A stretch of DNA of 64,000 nucleotides from Ignavibacteria bacterium (GCA_016783945.1 JADHVP010000002.1:852-64851), one strand, 5' to 3'. Numbered from the stretch's first letter, positions 1-9,510 are shown. A program made the numbers and translations. The notes: generated from the letters alone by a model not told the origin.

Positions 1-598
1 GTATTATCTCGAACTTATATTTACCTTTGAAATATTCTATAAAAGGCTTTCTCAGGATTCCTGGTGACTGTATAATTTTTTCTTTTACCTCCTCAGGAGT
101 CAGCGTCGGTGGAGGAGGCTCTCCGGATTTCTCCTCGAATGCTCCTGATTTTGTTTCAGGCATATATAATGAATTGCCTAATACTTCAGCAATTTCCTTT
201 AAAAAATCTATAGTTAGCGTATTCACTCTATCTGTTAATTCTATTCCTTCATTTATTGAGTTCAATCCCCCTATAGTTGGTTTCAATCCCTCTGTAGTTG
301 GTTTCAATCCCTCTATGGTTGAGTTCAATCCCTCATTTATTTTATTAACTAACCCTCGATTTAATGTAAACATATTGTTTTCCTTTGTAAACATCTCCCT
401 AAGAATATTCAAAATCTCAATATTTATATTAACGATATTGCTTAATTTTGTAACCATATGATTTTTATTAATAACTATCCCTTTAAATAATGTTTCATCT
501 AATGAATTAACTTTATCTAAAGCAGAAGTATACTTAGAAATACGCTGACTGTAAGCATTTATTAAGTTTAATATAGCATTTGAATAAAGATTTTCCAT
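1..598 (-). CDS. hypothetical protein, N-terminal part only (3' end lies beyond the window start); contains 7-aa tandem repeats
   Basis: Hand translation of the minus strand from ATG (rc of cat at 596-598) gives 199 sense codons with no stop down to nt 2: MENLYSNAILNLINAYSQRISKY...NEGLNSTIEGLKPTTEGLKPTIGGLNSINEG...PPPPTLTPEEVKEKI. It is missing from the ORF track because it has no stop inside the window. Confidence 0.6.
   Translation of the reverse strand, partial: MENLYSNAILNLINAYSQRISKYTSALDKVNSLDETLFKGIVINKNHMVTKLSNIVNINIEILNILREMFTKENNMFTLNRGLVNKINEGLNSTIEGLKPTTEGLKPTIGGLNSINEGIELTDRVNTLTIDFLKEIAEVLGNSLYMPETKSGAFEEKSGEPPPPTLTPEEVKEKIIQSPGILRKPFIEYFKGKYKFEII
259..342. repeat. four tandem 21-bp units (consensus gtttcaatccctct[ga]tagttg) inside the partial CDS
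   Basis: Units read directly at 259-279, 280-300, 301-321 and 322-342. On the minus strand they encode the EGLKPT(T/I)-type heptads. Confidence 0.8.
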
Positions 599-967
599 AT
601 AGCAATAAGTGTTTTATGTTAATAATTGAATTTATGAATTGTATTGTAAAGTGAAAAGTGAATTATTTCCCTTGCTCCTGACGTTCTTATACTGTCTACA
701 TAATTTCATTCCAAATCCCGACCTGTCACCAGGCACGTATAATGTTGATAAGTCCATCACAAAAATAAAAAATCCCAGTAATTTCTTAAGAGAACTGTCA
801 ATTAATTGTGCTGCTTGATTTTGAAAAAGGGAAAGCTACTTTAAACATATCAAATAAATTCTACTTATCATTTCGATTACTCATCTATAAATACAATATA
901 TTTATTATTGTTTAATAAGAATTATATATCGATATTTGTATACAAATAAATCTTAACCTGGAATAAA

Positions 968-1927
968 ATGAGAATAATACCTGAATACGAACCAGTTGGC
1001 TTGTTATATCTTAGCTTCGTTCAAAAATTCTTTAATAGTCGTTTTAAGTTTGGTAAAGCAATTTGCGAAATAGCAAAAGTTGCCAGTCGTAATATTGACG
1101 TAGAAATCTTCATTGCACATCAAGATGTTCCGTATTTGAAAAAAGAGATGGAAGATGCAAATCTTGATTCCGCGAATATCATTTTTAATTATGATTCTCC
1201 TGAGCGTGGAATTTTAGCAGAATATACACCTATTTTTTGGGAAACAACTGAAGGTAAAGGCGGTGCAATAATTTTTAATAATACAAAATTGAACAGCTTT
1301 GAAAAACTCCACTCATTCAGTGAGAGGCTGTCAAAAAAGTTAAACCTTAATCTTCTAGACATAGAGGTTGAGTTCACAACATCAGCTATAATAGTAAATG
1401 AAAATCTTTGTTTACTATCAAAGGACTTGTTCCAAGACTCTAATGCTGAAAGAAAACTCCTTTTCTTTCAGGAACATTTCTCTGAGCAAACCTTCGTACA
1501 AGTCCCTTCATTAGCTGAAGAAGTAACACCTGACCTGGATACTTATCTTTGGCCCATTAAACCAAACGTTTGGATAGTCTCTGAATATCCCGAAGGCAGC
1601 ATGCAAGCTGTTTCAATCGAACCTGCTATAGAAACATTACATAAATACAATCAAACAATTCATAGAGTACCGGGTTTAGAAAGAATTGTTTATGATGATA
1701 TTAATACTATTCCCAACTACACGAACGGTATTATTATAAATAACGCTGCTTTATGTCCAGCATACAATCGACCTGAAGATGACATAATCGTAAAAATACT
1801 TGAGGAATATGGTTACGATGTTTATCCAATAAATTGCCAGGATATTATTCTTACACAGTGCGGAATCCACTGCATATCTAAATCAGTGCCTAAGAAAATT
1901 ATAACTTCTGATATACATCAAAACTAA
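968..1927 (+). CDS. agmatine deiminase / Porphyromonas-type peptidylarginine deiminase family protein
   Basis: 319 aa. The C-terminal catalytic-Cys motif ...LTQCGIHCISKSVP matches the GGxIHCxTQQxP end of agmatine deiminases. IPNYTNGIIINNAALCPAYN is also typical of the family. Confidence 0.7.
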   Translation: MRIIPEYEPVGLLYLSFVQKFFNSRFKFGKAICEIAKVASRNIDVEIFIAHQDVPYLKKEMEDANLDSANIIFNYDSPERGILAEYTPIFWETTEGKGGAIIFNNTKLNSFEKLHSFSERLSKKLNLNLLDIEVEFTTSAIIVNENLCLLSKDLFQDSNAERKLLFFQEHFSEQTFVQVPSLAEEVTPDLDTYLWPIKPNVWIVSEYPEGSMQAVSIEPAIETLHKYNQTIHRVPGLERIVYDDINTIPNYTNGIIINNAALCPAYNRPEDDIIVKILEEYGYDVYPINCQDIILTQCGIHCISKSVPKKIITSDIHQN

Positions 1928-1954
1928 CTTCAATTCAAGGTTTTAAAATAAAAA

Positions 1955-1978
1955 ATCCCTGTAATTTCTTACGGGGAT
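1955..1978 (-). terminator. rho-independent terminator hairpin (atccctgtaa-tttc-ttacggggat) with a T-tract on the minus strand
   Basis: 10-bp stem with one G-U pair and a 4-nt loop. The A-run at 1949-1955 becomes a U-tract for the minus-strand transporter gene. It belongs to a repeated hairpin family (see findings). Confidence 0.55.
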
Positions 1979-2131
1979 TGAAGATATTACGTGTTTTAAG
2001 AAACTACTTTTTAACTTTATGTTATTTCAGAATAGAAACATCCGATAAAATAATAAAAATATGATTAAAATTACGAAGTGGAGCTTCGTTATCAAAATAA
2101 AGTAAGTTTAGTGTGAAATCTAATTTATTTC

Positions 2132-4306
2132 CTACACCAACGCACTTTCCCAACCTGAATCCCGAACGAAAATGCACGATGACCCGGTCAATTCATTCAC
2201 ACCTCTCATAAAATTAAACGGCAGGTCATCCTGTGCTAATCCGAAGATGTTTATATCTCCTCTCGGTGCTCCCTGTATTGTATCTTTGAAGTTACCTATC
2301 AATACGTGAAATTCTGTCATCGAGGGCAAACGTGCCTGGCTGCTCAGGGTGTCTAAAAAGTTGTACAATCGCCTTTCATCTTTCTTTTCTGTTGACGCTG
2401 TTACAAGGTTTATCTTGCCTTCCCAGTTAAGCTGAAGCTGGAGAGTTATCAACATTGCAAGATGCCAGTTAGGGCTTTTATCTCTGAGCCAGATATTAAT
2501 ATCTTTTTGCATACCATAAGCTACACGCGAATGCTGACGCAAGATTATTGTTCCTAATTCATGTTCCGCTGCCTGGTTTACCAACTGCTTTATAGCTTCA
2601 TCTTTGCGTGTATCTTCTCCCATGGTTAAGAATAAAATGTTCGGACGGAATGCACCGCCTTGAAGCGTTTGTATAACAAGCTTCGTACCGTGCAAAAAAT
2701 CATTGTCTTCCAGAACAGCCGAGTTAATTTGTATCCCTTGGTCTTTGAGAGGTTTTAGCAGTTTCTTGAGAGATTCTTTTGTTTCAGGAAGAGCTTCCTC
2801 TTTAACTGTAAAACCGAATATACTACCGGATGGATAAGTTATGTTACGAATAAACAATAATGGTCCAGCCCATACATCAGGGTTTTCTATAGGAAGCAAC
2901 AAATCAGGTTTCCATGTGATCTGGTGTCTGGGGAACTTTGCTGAAATCCTGGAAGCCCTCTCAGCGATTACTAAAAACAATCCACCTCGTATATCACCCC
3001 AGGATGGTTCCATTTCTTTTTTCCCAAGCCATATATAGAGTGATATGATAGTAATTATTCCAATGAAGCTGAATACAGGATTAATTAGAAACATTATAAT
3101 AATGCACCCTGCAGCACCTAAGAAAGAAACGAAACGCGGTATTTTGAAAGTAGGTCGGAAGCTTATTATCTTCATGCTCTGTTCGATAAATACAACAAGG
3201 TTTAGCATACCGTAAGTTATGAGGAAAAACATTGTGATAAGAGTAGCTAAAACGTCGAGACTTCCAACAATGAGAGATACTTCTATAACAATTCCGGTTA
3301 AAATGATTGCATTTCGGGGTTCGTTTCTTTTTGTTTTCGCAGCGAACACGGAGTGGAAGGGAATGGTCTTTTGTTCTGCTAATGCCTGTAAAATCCGTGG
3401 AGCACCAAGCATGCTTCCCAGTGCTGAGGATAAAGTAGCACCCATTATACCAGCAATGATTGCAGGACCCCAAAAAGCCTTATCTAACATTATCATTTGA
3501 TTGGATCGAAGTTCTTCGGGTGTACTGACGACACTCAATACGTAAGCTATTCCTATATAAATAATCAATGTGACACCAATGGAAGTCATAGTCCCTAAAG
3601 GGATCGAGCGTCTTGGCTTTTTTAAATCACCGGACATATTGGCTCCTGCCATTATGCCCGTAACAGCCGGGAAGAAGATTGCAAACACTAACCAGAAGTT
3701 CGCATTCTCGAAGTTACCAATTAGTACAAAATCAGTCACGGGCTTTACAGGTGTTAAGAAGAATGATAAAAGCGAAAGACCTATTATCACCATGATTATA
3801 TACTGTATCCTGATTGCAAACTTGGCACTAATGTAAGAGATAGTTAGTATGCCGATCCATGCGATGCTTGAGATAATTATTGGATTGTGATCTGGAAAAA
3901 CAAGCAGCCAACCTTCTGTAAAACCGATTATGTACAATGCAGTGGAAAGTGTTTGTGCAATATATAGCGGTATTCCTATGCTTCCGCCGGCTTCCAAGCC
4001 TAAAGATTTCGAGATAATCGAATAAGCACCGCCGGCACCGATTTTTATATTCGTTGTGATCGAAGACATAGATAATCCTGTGCATATCGTAACTGATTTA
4101 GCTATTAAAATAATCGCAACTGCTCCAAGAAATCCTGCGTTTCCTACAACCCAGCCAAAACGCAAATACATTATAACACCGAGTATTGTCAGAACGTCCG
4201 GAGTAAATACGCCCGCAAAAGTCCCAAACTTTGAGCCGGTTTCCTTTTTCCCGAATGCTATTCTTTTTATGAAAGGGACTAATCTATTTGGTTTAGTTTC
4301 ATTCAT
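2132..4306 (-). CDS. cation-chloride cotransporter (SLC12/APC superfamily) homolog with a cytoplasmic C-terminal domain
   Basis: The motif GTFAGVFTPDVLTILGVIMYLRFGWVVGNAGF is the SLC12 TM1 signature. About 12 TM segments are followed by a ~270-aa soluble tail. I chose the start at the internal ATG (MNETKPNRLV, cat at 4304-4306) because the 4396 start would overlap the upstream MscS gene. Confidence 0.75.
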   Translation of the reverse strand: MNETKPNRLVPFIKRIAFGKKETGSKFGTFAGVFTPDVLTILGVIMYLRFGWVVGNAGFLGAVAIILIAKSVTICTGLSMSSITTNIKIGAGGAYSIISKSLGLEAGGSIGIPLYIAQTLSTALYIIGFTEGWLLVFPDHNPIIISSIAWIGILTISYISAKFAIRIQYIIMVIIGLSLLSFFLTPVKPVTDFVLIGNFENANFWLVFAIFFPAVTGIMAGANMSGDLKKPRRSIPLGTMTSIGVTLIIYIGIAYVLSVVSTPEELRSNQMIMLDKAFWGPAIIAGIMGATLSSALGSMLGAPRILQALAEQKTIPFHSVFAAKTKRNEPRNAIILTGIVIEVSLIVGSLDVLATLITMFFLITYGMLNLVVFIEQSMKIISFRPTFKIPRFVSFLGAAGCIIIMFLINPVFSFIGIITIISLYIWLGKKEMEPSWGDIRGGLFLVIAERASRISAKFPRHQITWKPDLLLPIENPDVWAGPLLFIRNITYPSGSIFGFTVKEEALPETKESLKKLLKPLKDQGIQINSAVLEDNDFLHGTKLVIQTLQGGAFRPNILFLTMGEDTRKDEAIKQLVNQAAEHELGTIILRQHSRVAYGMQKDINIWLRDKSPNWHLAMLITLQLQLNWEGKINLVTASTEKKDERRLYNFLDTLSSQARLPSMTEFHVLIGNFKDTIQGAPRGDINIFGLAQDDLPFNFMRGVNELTGSSCIFVRDSGWESALV

Positions 4307-4316
4307 TGTGGGTTGC

Positions 4317-5246
4317 TTACTGACCTCCTGCTTTGCTTTTACCTTCGTTTTTGTTATTATAAAATCTTGTTGTGGGGTACGCAAAATCGATATCATTGCA
4401 ATTAGCGAATTGTCTCAGGATGTCTTCCCAGATAACCTGGCTGGTGCTTCTTCGTTTTCTTGGATCGCAGAGATAACGAATAGTGAGGAGCACCCCGGAA
4501 TCCTGAACAGAAGTCCACACGATAGGGGTTAGCTTATTGTAAAAGATCATATACCGTTTAGCAGCTTGCTTTAGACGCTTTTCAGCATCTTTTGAAAGAT
4601 GCTCTGCATGTTTGGTTGCGAGTTTGGATAAAATATCCTTTGCTTTTTCCCAGTTGCTTTCAAAAGTTACGAGTACAGCTATCTCATTCCAGATATGATT
4701 GAAGCCTCTTGAATAATTTGCCAGACTATGTTTAAAAACTAAACCATTCGGTAAGTGTAAAATCCTACCTGTTGATTGGTCAGCCTCTACCCAGTTTCCG
4801 ATTTCCATTAGTGAAAACATGAATAAACGTGTATCGATGACATCGCCTGCATTGTTATTAATTTCAATCCGGTCACCGACTTCAAATGGACGTCTCCATA
4901 AAATGAACAACCATCCCGCTATATTGACAAGTAAATCCTGCAATGCAATAGCAATACCGGCAGCGAATATACCCATGAATGTTGCTATTGATCCAAACCC
5001 CTGGAACCAAATACGACCAATAAGAAAAATAATGATGAAAGTAATGACGTATGTGATTCCTTTTCGCCAGCGGTAACGTTTCTTCACATCTTTTGTCTGC
5101 CGTAACATTATAAAGTATGAAACATACCGTATAATTATGAACACTATCAGAACAATTAAACTTTTCATTAAATTATCCTGAACGTCCTTCGTTATAAACA
5201 TTGTATCATGTATCCACTGGCTTATTTGGTCAAGCAGTTGTTCCAA
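4317..5246 (-). CDS. mechanosensitive ion channel family protein (MscS-like)
   Basis: LLVNIAGWLFILWRRPFEVGDRIEINNNAGDVIDTRLFMFSLMEIGN is the MscS TM3/beta-domain signature, with three N-terminal TM helices. Confidence 0.8.
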   Translation of the reverse strand: MEQLLDQISQWIHDTMFITKDVQDNLMKSLIVLIVFIIIRYVSYFIMLRQTKDVKKRYRWRKGITYVITFIIIFLIGRIWFQGFGSIATFMGIFAAGIAIALQDLLVNIAGWLFILWRRPFEVGDRIEINNNAGDVIDTRLFMFSLMEIGNWVEADQSTGRILHLPNGLVFKHSLANYSRGFNHIWNEIAVLVTFESNWEKAKDILSKLATKHAEHLSKDAEKRLKQAAKRYMIFYNKLTPIVWTSVQDSGVLLTIRYLCDPRKRRSTSQVIWEDILRQFANCNDIDFAYPTTRFYNNKNEGKSKAGGQ

Positions 5247-5491
5247 TATTATTTATTAGATTAAGATTACTATCTGAGAGTTATAGAGTTCTTATGTTAA
5301 TTAGCGTATACGTGCTTGTCATTAATAGAATTACAAATTTCCGTTTATTATATTTAATAAACAATAAAAAACTTTTTGCTACGGAGATTCAATGCTATAT
5401 TAGTTTGACAATTCGGAATAGTTTTTTGGTGGCGCTAGCAGTGCTATCATTACATGTTTCTACTTCTCCCAAAGAGACTCCTTTCCCATAG

Positions 5492-5629
5492 GGGAGCTAT
5501 GCTCCGGAGCCGCATTCGGTTCAAAACCTTTCAAGTGGTGTTTATTTCTATAGATTAACTGCCGGTGATACTGAATCCAATTCAGGACAGGTTTTTGCAG
5601 AGACGAAGAAAATGTTGCTGATAAAATAA
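5492..5629 (+). pseudogene. orphan 3' remnant of a gene for a T9SS C-terminal sorting domain (CTD) protein
   Basis: The frame opens right after a TAG at 5489-5491 and reads GSYAPEPHSVQNLSSGVYFYRLTAGDTESNSGQVFAETKKMLLIK*. This is the canonical end of a Por/T9SS CTD (..SGVYFYRL..ETKKM.LIK). There is no start codon and no upstream coding sequence. Confidence 0.7.
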
Positions 5630-5640
5630 ATCGATAAAAA

Positions 5641-5668
5641 AAATCCCCGTAATTTCTTACGGGGATTT
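5641..5668 (-). terminator. rho-independent terminator (aaatccccgtaa-tttc-ttacggggattt)
   Basis: Perfect 12-bp stem. The A-run at 5634-5643 becomes a U-tract on the minus strand, 24 nt downstream of the stop of the 5692..6255 gene. Confidence 0.75.
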
Positions 5669-5691
5669 AAAATTAAGCATTTAATATGGGA

Positions 5692-6255
5692 CTACTTCTT
5701 TATTTCGTCAAGTATATCCTTCGCACCATCGACGCCACCTGACAGTGCATCCTTTACAGAAGTAAACGTGTCATCACTAATACTTTTGGCTGCATCCAAT
5801 GCAGCAACGATAGAAGTCTTTGTCGCTGAAATTGAATCACCTCCGACTTGTTTAACTCCTTCAACGGCTCCTTTAACAGCTTCTACTGCAACGTCGGCTA
5901 CGTTGACACCAAGGTCTTTTGCACTGTAAAGAGCTTGAGCAACTGCACCTTCGACTGCTTCCTTCTCTTTTATACCGGATTCCATAGAACCCTGAATAGC
6001 TCCATTAACAGTTCCTTTCACTGCTTTCACAACAGTAACACCGAGTTCGGAAACACCAGAAAGAGCACCGTTAATTATTGAAGCGGGTACACGTATCCCC
6101 ATTCCAACGAGGTCACTCGCACCTTTAACAGAAGTAACAGTTACATCTTTAATTACTTTAACAGAAGCACTTCCGATATCAGCAGTTCCTTTTAATGCAC
6201 CGACCACACCACCCTTTACACCACTGACAAGACTTGAAATTAAATTGAAAGCCAT
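5692..6255 (-). CDS. Gly/Ala/Val-rich repetitive protein of unknown function
   Basis: 187 aa with no obvious signal peptide or TM segment. Recurring ...AVKG(A/T)V(E/N)G... and ...VKGGVVGALKG... segments. It has its own terminator. Confidence 0.5.
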   Translation of the reverse strand: MAFNLISSLVSGVKGGVVGALKGTADIGSASVKVIKDVTVTSVKGASDLVGMGIRVPASIINGALSGVSELGVTVVKAVKGTVNGAIQGSMESGIKEKEAVEGAVAQALYSAKDLGVNVADVAVEAVKGAVEGVKQVGGDSISATKTSIVAALDAAKSISDDTFTSVKDALSGGVDGAKDILDEIKK

Positions 6256-6557
6256 GTTATTACTCCTTTATATTAAATTAGAAAAAATTTAGTTAGATAA
6301 TATCAAGATTTAAATAATTTGATTAATATAATATAGTGTTTTAATTTCAATTATACAACATTATCGCTCTGAAAGTAACATTAAACGTATGAGCTTCTAT
6401 GTTGAAATAAATTCTCAAATCTTAGTGTTACTTTTGTTGGTTTAGTAAGTCTAATAATAATGTAGGCCAATTAAGTAAATAACAATAAATCTTTTTAGTA
6501 GTCATATTATATTATTTTAGATGGATGCTATGTAATCGATGCTAAAATTAAATAATA

Positions 6558-7124
6558 ATGAATTATACCGAACTGAATGATAGTGAACTCACAATTCGAT
6601 GTAAAGAAGAATTGCCTGACAAATATGATGCATACAATCATCTTGTAGAGCGTTATAAAAATTATGTATTCAAAATTGCTTATGAAAAACTAAGTAACCG
6701 AGAAGATGCAGAAGAAGTCACTCAGGAAACCTTTGTTCGAATTTTTTTTGGTTTGAAGAATTTCAGGATGGAATCATCACTTAAAACCTGGATTACAAGA
6801 ATTACTATAAATATTTGTCTGACAATTCAGTTATCGAATAAATATAAATTTTGGCGTTATTGTGTAACTCCTGAAGGTGATGTAGATTTAGAGAACATTT
6901 ATAGTTCTATATTGAATAAACAACAGGAAGAGAATTTCTGGAAAAAACTTGGCGCATTATTAAAAAAAATGATTGATCAATATAGAAAAGTGTTCATATT
7001 CCGTTATATAAAGAATCTAACAATCACTCAAATCAGTCAAAAGATTTCTTCAAGTATTGGTGCTACAAAAATGAGAATAAAACGTGCAAAAGATCAGTTT
7101 TACAAAATTTTAAATAGAGATTAA
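6558..7124 (+). CDS. RNA polymerase sigma-70 family, ECF-type sigma factor
   Basis: Region 2 (YKNYVFKIAYEKLSNREDAEEVTQETFVRIFFGLKNFRMESSLKTWITRITINICL) and a region 4 HTH (LTITQISQKISSSIGATKMRIKRAKDQF). Confidence 0.85.
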   Translation: MNYTELNDSELTIRCKEELPDKYDAYNHLVERYKNYVFKIAYEKLSNREDAEEVTQETFVRIFFGLKNFRMESSLKTWITRITINICLTIQLSNKYKFWRYCVTPEGDVDLENIYSSILNKQQEENFWKKLGALLKKMIDQYRKVFIFRYIKNLTITQISQKISSSIGATKMRIKRAKDQFYKILNRD

Positions 7125-7125
7125 T

Positions 7126-7323
7126 ATGAAAGACTCAACTAATCAAAGTAAACTTTCACCATATTTCGATAGTCAACTCAAAAAGAAAATAAGATATAAC
7201 ATTATTTTAAAAAACTTCCTTGAAATAACTCTTTGGAGTATGTTGAAAACTTTTTCAATACTTGCTGAAAGTTTTGTTGGGTTTTTTTCAGTAACGGAAT
7301 TAAAAAAAGAGATTAAAGATTAA
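7126..7323 (+). CDS. small hydrophobic protein, possible anti-sigma factor
   Basis: 65 aa. It starts 2 nt after the ECF sigma stop and has one hydrophobic segment. The call rests on position only. Confidence 0.3.
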   Translation: MKDSTNQSKLSPYFDSQLKKKIRYNIILKNFLEITLWSMLKTFSILAESFVGFFSVTELKKEIKD

Positions 7324-7375
7324 ATGAGAATTATTTTAAATAAAAACTTTTTTAAACTAAAATAGGAGAAATATT

Positions 7376-8191
7376 ATGGAACAGATTGACAACTGGACAC
7401 AGGTATTTTTGCAGTCAGTACAAGCGGCGCTTGAAAACGTTCTTGCTGCAATCCCTAATATAATTGCAGCAATTATATTCTTAATAATTGCAGTTGTTGT
7501 TGCGAAGATTGTACAAAAAGTATTCAATAAATTGTTCATGTTAATAGGAATTAATAAAATCTCAACAAAGTCCGGGATTGAGGGGTTTCTACTTTCATCA
7601 GGTTTCAAGAAAGACCTCTCATGGGTATTTGCAAGAACATTATATTGGTTCATAATAATTTTATTTCTATTGCCGATATCGGATATATTAGGTCTGGCAT
7701 TCTTTGCAGAATTAATAAATAAGTTAATATCTTATATCCCGAATATCATCATTGCAATGTTGATAATTTTATTTGGTACATGGGCAGCAAAAGTTCTGAG
7801 CGGAATGGCTCGAGGAAGTTCAGCAAGGTTGTCCTCAGAATATTCACAATTGCTTGGTACGGTAGTTAACGTCACAGTTCTAATTATTACGTTTGTTTTT
7901 GCTTTGTCACAATTAAACATAGATGCTTCGATATTAACAAGTATTTTAATAATTCTTGTTGCTGCTATTGGATTAGGTCTTGCAATTGCATTCGGAGTTG
8001 GTACAAAAGATATAGTACATAATGTAACAGCAGGTATTTATCTGAATAAAACTTTGAAAACAGGAAGCAGTATTAGATTTAAGGAAGATGTTGTCAAAGT
8101 AATTGAAGTAGGTACCGTTTCTACATTAATTGAGATTTCAGAAGGAAAACAGTTACAAGTTTCAAATAGCAATATTTTAGAATCATTATGA
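7376..8191 (+). CDS. membrane protein with conserved-TM-helix repeats (mechanosensitive-channel-related)
   Basis: The N-terminus MEQIDNWTQVFLQSVQAALENVLAAIPNIIAAIIFLIIAVVVAKIV and repeated TM hairpins resemble the 'conserved TM helix' family found N-terminal to MscS-type channels. Confidence 0.5.
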   Translation: MEQIDNWTQVFLQSVQAALENVLAAIPNIIAAIIFLIIAVVVAKIVQKVFNKLFMLIGINKISTKSGIEGFLLSSGFKKDLSWVFARTLYWFIIILFLLPISDILGLAFFAELINKLISYIPNIIIAMLIILFGTWAAKVLSGMARGSSARLSSEYSQLLGTVVNVTVLIITFVFALSQLNIDASILTSILIILVAAIGLGLAIAFGVGTKDIVHNVTAGIYLNKTLKTGSSIRFKEDVVKVIEVGTVSTLIEISEGKQLQVSNSNILESL

Positions 8192-8231
8192 TAAAAACTT
8201 TTTTTAACCTTTTAAAAGGAGAACATTTAAC

Positions 8232-9386
8232 ATGAAAAAATTCATACTTTTAATCTTTATTATCCTGACATATTCAGGAAGCATTTATTCACAAAATGTA
8301 AAAATGACAGACTACGATGTTCCAGTTAGCTTCGCCAAAAATCTAAGGTTCAATGCAAATTATAATTGGGCACAGATTGGTGATTCTGTTACATCAAATC
8401 AATTCAACTCGAATGCAATCTATTCACAGTTTTACTCATCACTTCCATTTGCGTATAACCTGGATTTAAATACATCCGTTAGCAAAACATACAATGATGA
8501 TGTAAGATATACAGGAGTTATCAATGCTGACATTCGAAAGTATTTTACAAAAAAGGAAGACTTTTTTGGATTCGCAGGGACACAAATGACTTATGAAGAT
8601 AGATTCGACCGCCCTCAGATAAATCTAAATGGTGGTGTGGGATACGGCAGGTTTATTGATGCTACATCTTTAGCAAAAGCTCTTAGAATTGAAAATGAGC
8701 TAATGAAAGATAAGACACTTTCGAAATATCTTCCTAAAAAAACTATGTTAAAAATAGCATCATTGATAGAAAGAGAAGGTGAATTTCAGGATAAGTATAA
8801 AGATATTTACGAAGCTAAACTTATCGAAGCAATTCAAGCAGAGATTGAAGCATCGGGAGATGTTAAGACAGGTAAACTTGATGCTCTTGGTTTTTACAGA
8901 ATAAGACAGGTATTATACGGAATAAACCAAATTATTAATCCAAGATTCTTTGGTTATGACATCAGAGCAGGCGTAAGCTACACAGCTTTAACTGAATATA
9001 CGTCTATAAAATCACCCTCACCAGAACTTGCATTACTTGGAAGGTTTTCATACCCGATAAATTATCAAGCTCAATTTAATATTTACGCAAATGCTTACAC
9101 ACCGGTAGATTCTTCAGCTTTTAAACTCGTAACCGGTAGTCTTGGAACAAATTTTTCATACGATCTAAGTAACCGTATAAACTTTACTGCAAGCTATATT
9201 ATGAATATCATTAGAGCATCACAAACATCGGGTAATGTAACCGTAGGTAACAACATTCTGAATGCAGCTTTTTTGTTTTATCTTGAAAACAGGGTAGGAT
9301 TAACCATCAATGGTACTTATGAGAAACCAAACGGATTACCACAGAGATTATCTACGAGTATATCATTATCATATTTCTTGTTATGA
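8232..9386 (+). CDS. putative outer-membrane beta-barrel protein
   Basis: Signal peptide MKKFILLIFIILTYSGSIYSQ, followed by alternating beta-strand-like composition rich in Y/N/S/T. Confidence 0.45.
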   Translation: MKKFILLIFIILTYSGSIYSQNVKMTDYDVPVSFAKNLRFNANYNWAQIGDSVTSNQFNSNAIYSQFYSSLPFAYNLDLNTSVSKTYNDDVRYTGVINADIRKYFTKKEDFFGFAGTQMTYEDRFDRPQINLNGGVGYGRFIDATSLAKALRIENELMKDKTLSKYLPKKTMLKIASLIEREGEFQDKYKDIYEAKLIEAIQAEIEASGDVKTGKLDALGFYRIRQVLYGINQIINPRFFGYDIRAGVSYTALTEYTSIKSPSPELALLGRFSYPINYQAQFNIYANAYTPVDSSAFKLVTGSLGTNFSYDLSNRINFTASYIMNIIRASQTSGNVTVGNNILNAAFLFYLENRVGLTINGTYEKPNGLPQRLSTSISLSYFLL

Positions 9387-9510
9387 TTTATCGTAAAATC
9401 AAAATTTGTGGCTTGTCTAATCAAGCCCCAAGAGTCAATGCTTTCTTTCATTTTTAACAGAAGATGTTTGAGCAAATATAAGGACTCGTTGTAACAAAAT
9501 ATGAACAAAG

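Noticed and set aside
27-461. 144-aa plus-strand ORF in the track
   Set aside because: It is antisense to a longer uninterrupted minus-strand frame (1-598) that has a proper ATG. Its low-complexity sequence (FNPS.VGFNPS) is just the complement of the 21-bp repeats.
4307-4396. Longer start for the SLC12-like transporter (ORF-track start at 4396)
   Set aside because: It would overlap the 3' end of the upstream MscS gene by 80 nt. The internal ATG at 4306 gives a typical cytoplasmic N-terminus.
5201-5491. 96-aa plus-strand ORF upstream of the T9SS-CTD remnant
   Set aside because: It starts inside the MscS gene on the opposite strand and runs through AT-rich intergenic DNA and the 30-nt repeat module. 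It is in a different frame from the CTD remnant and has no homology-like features.
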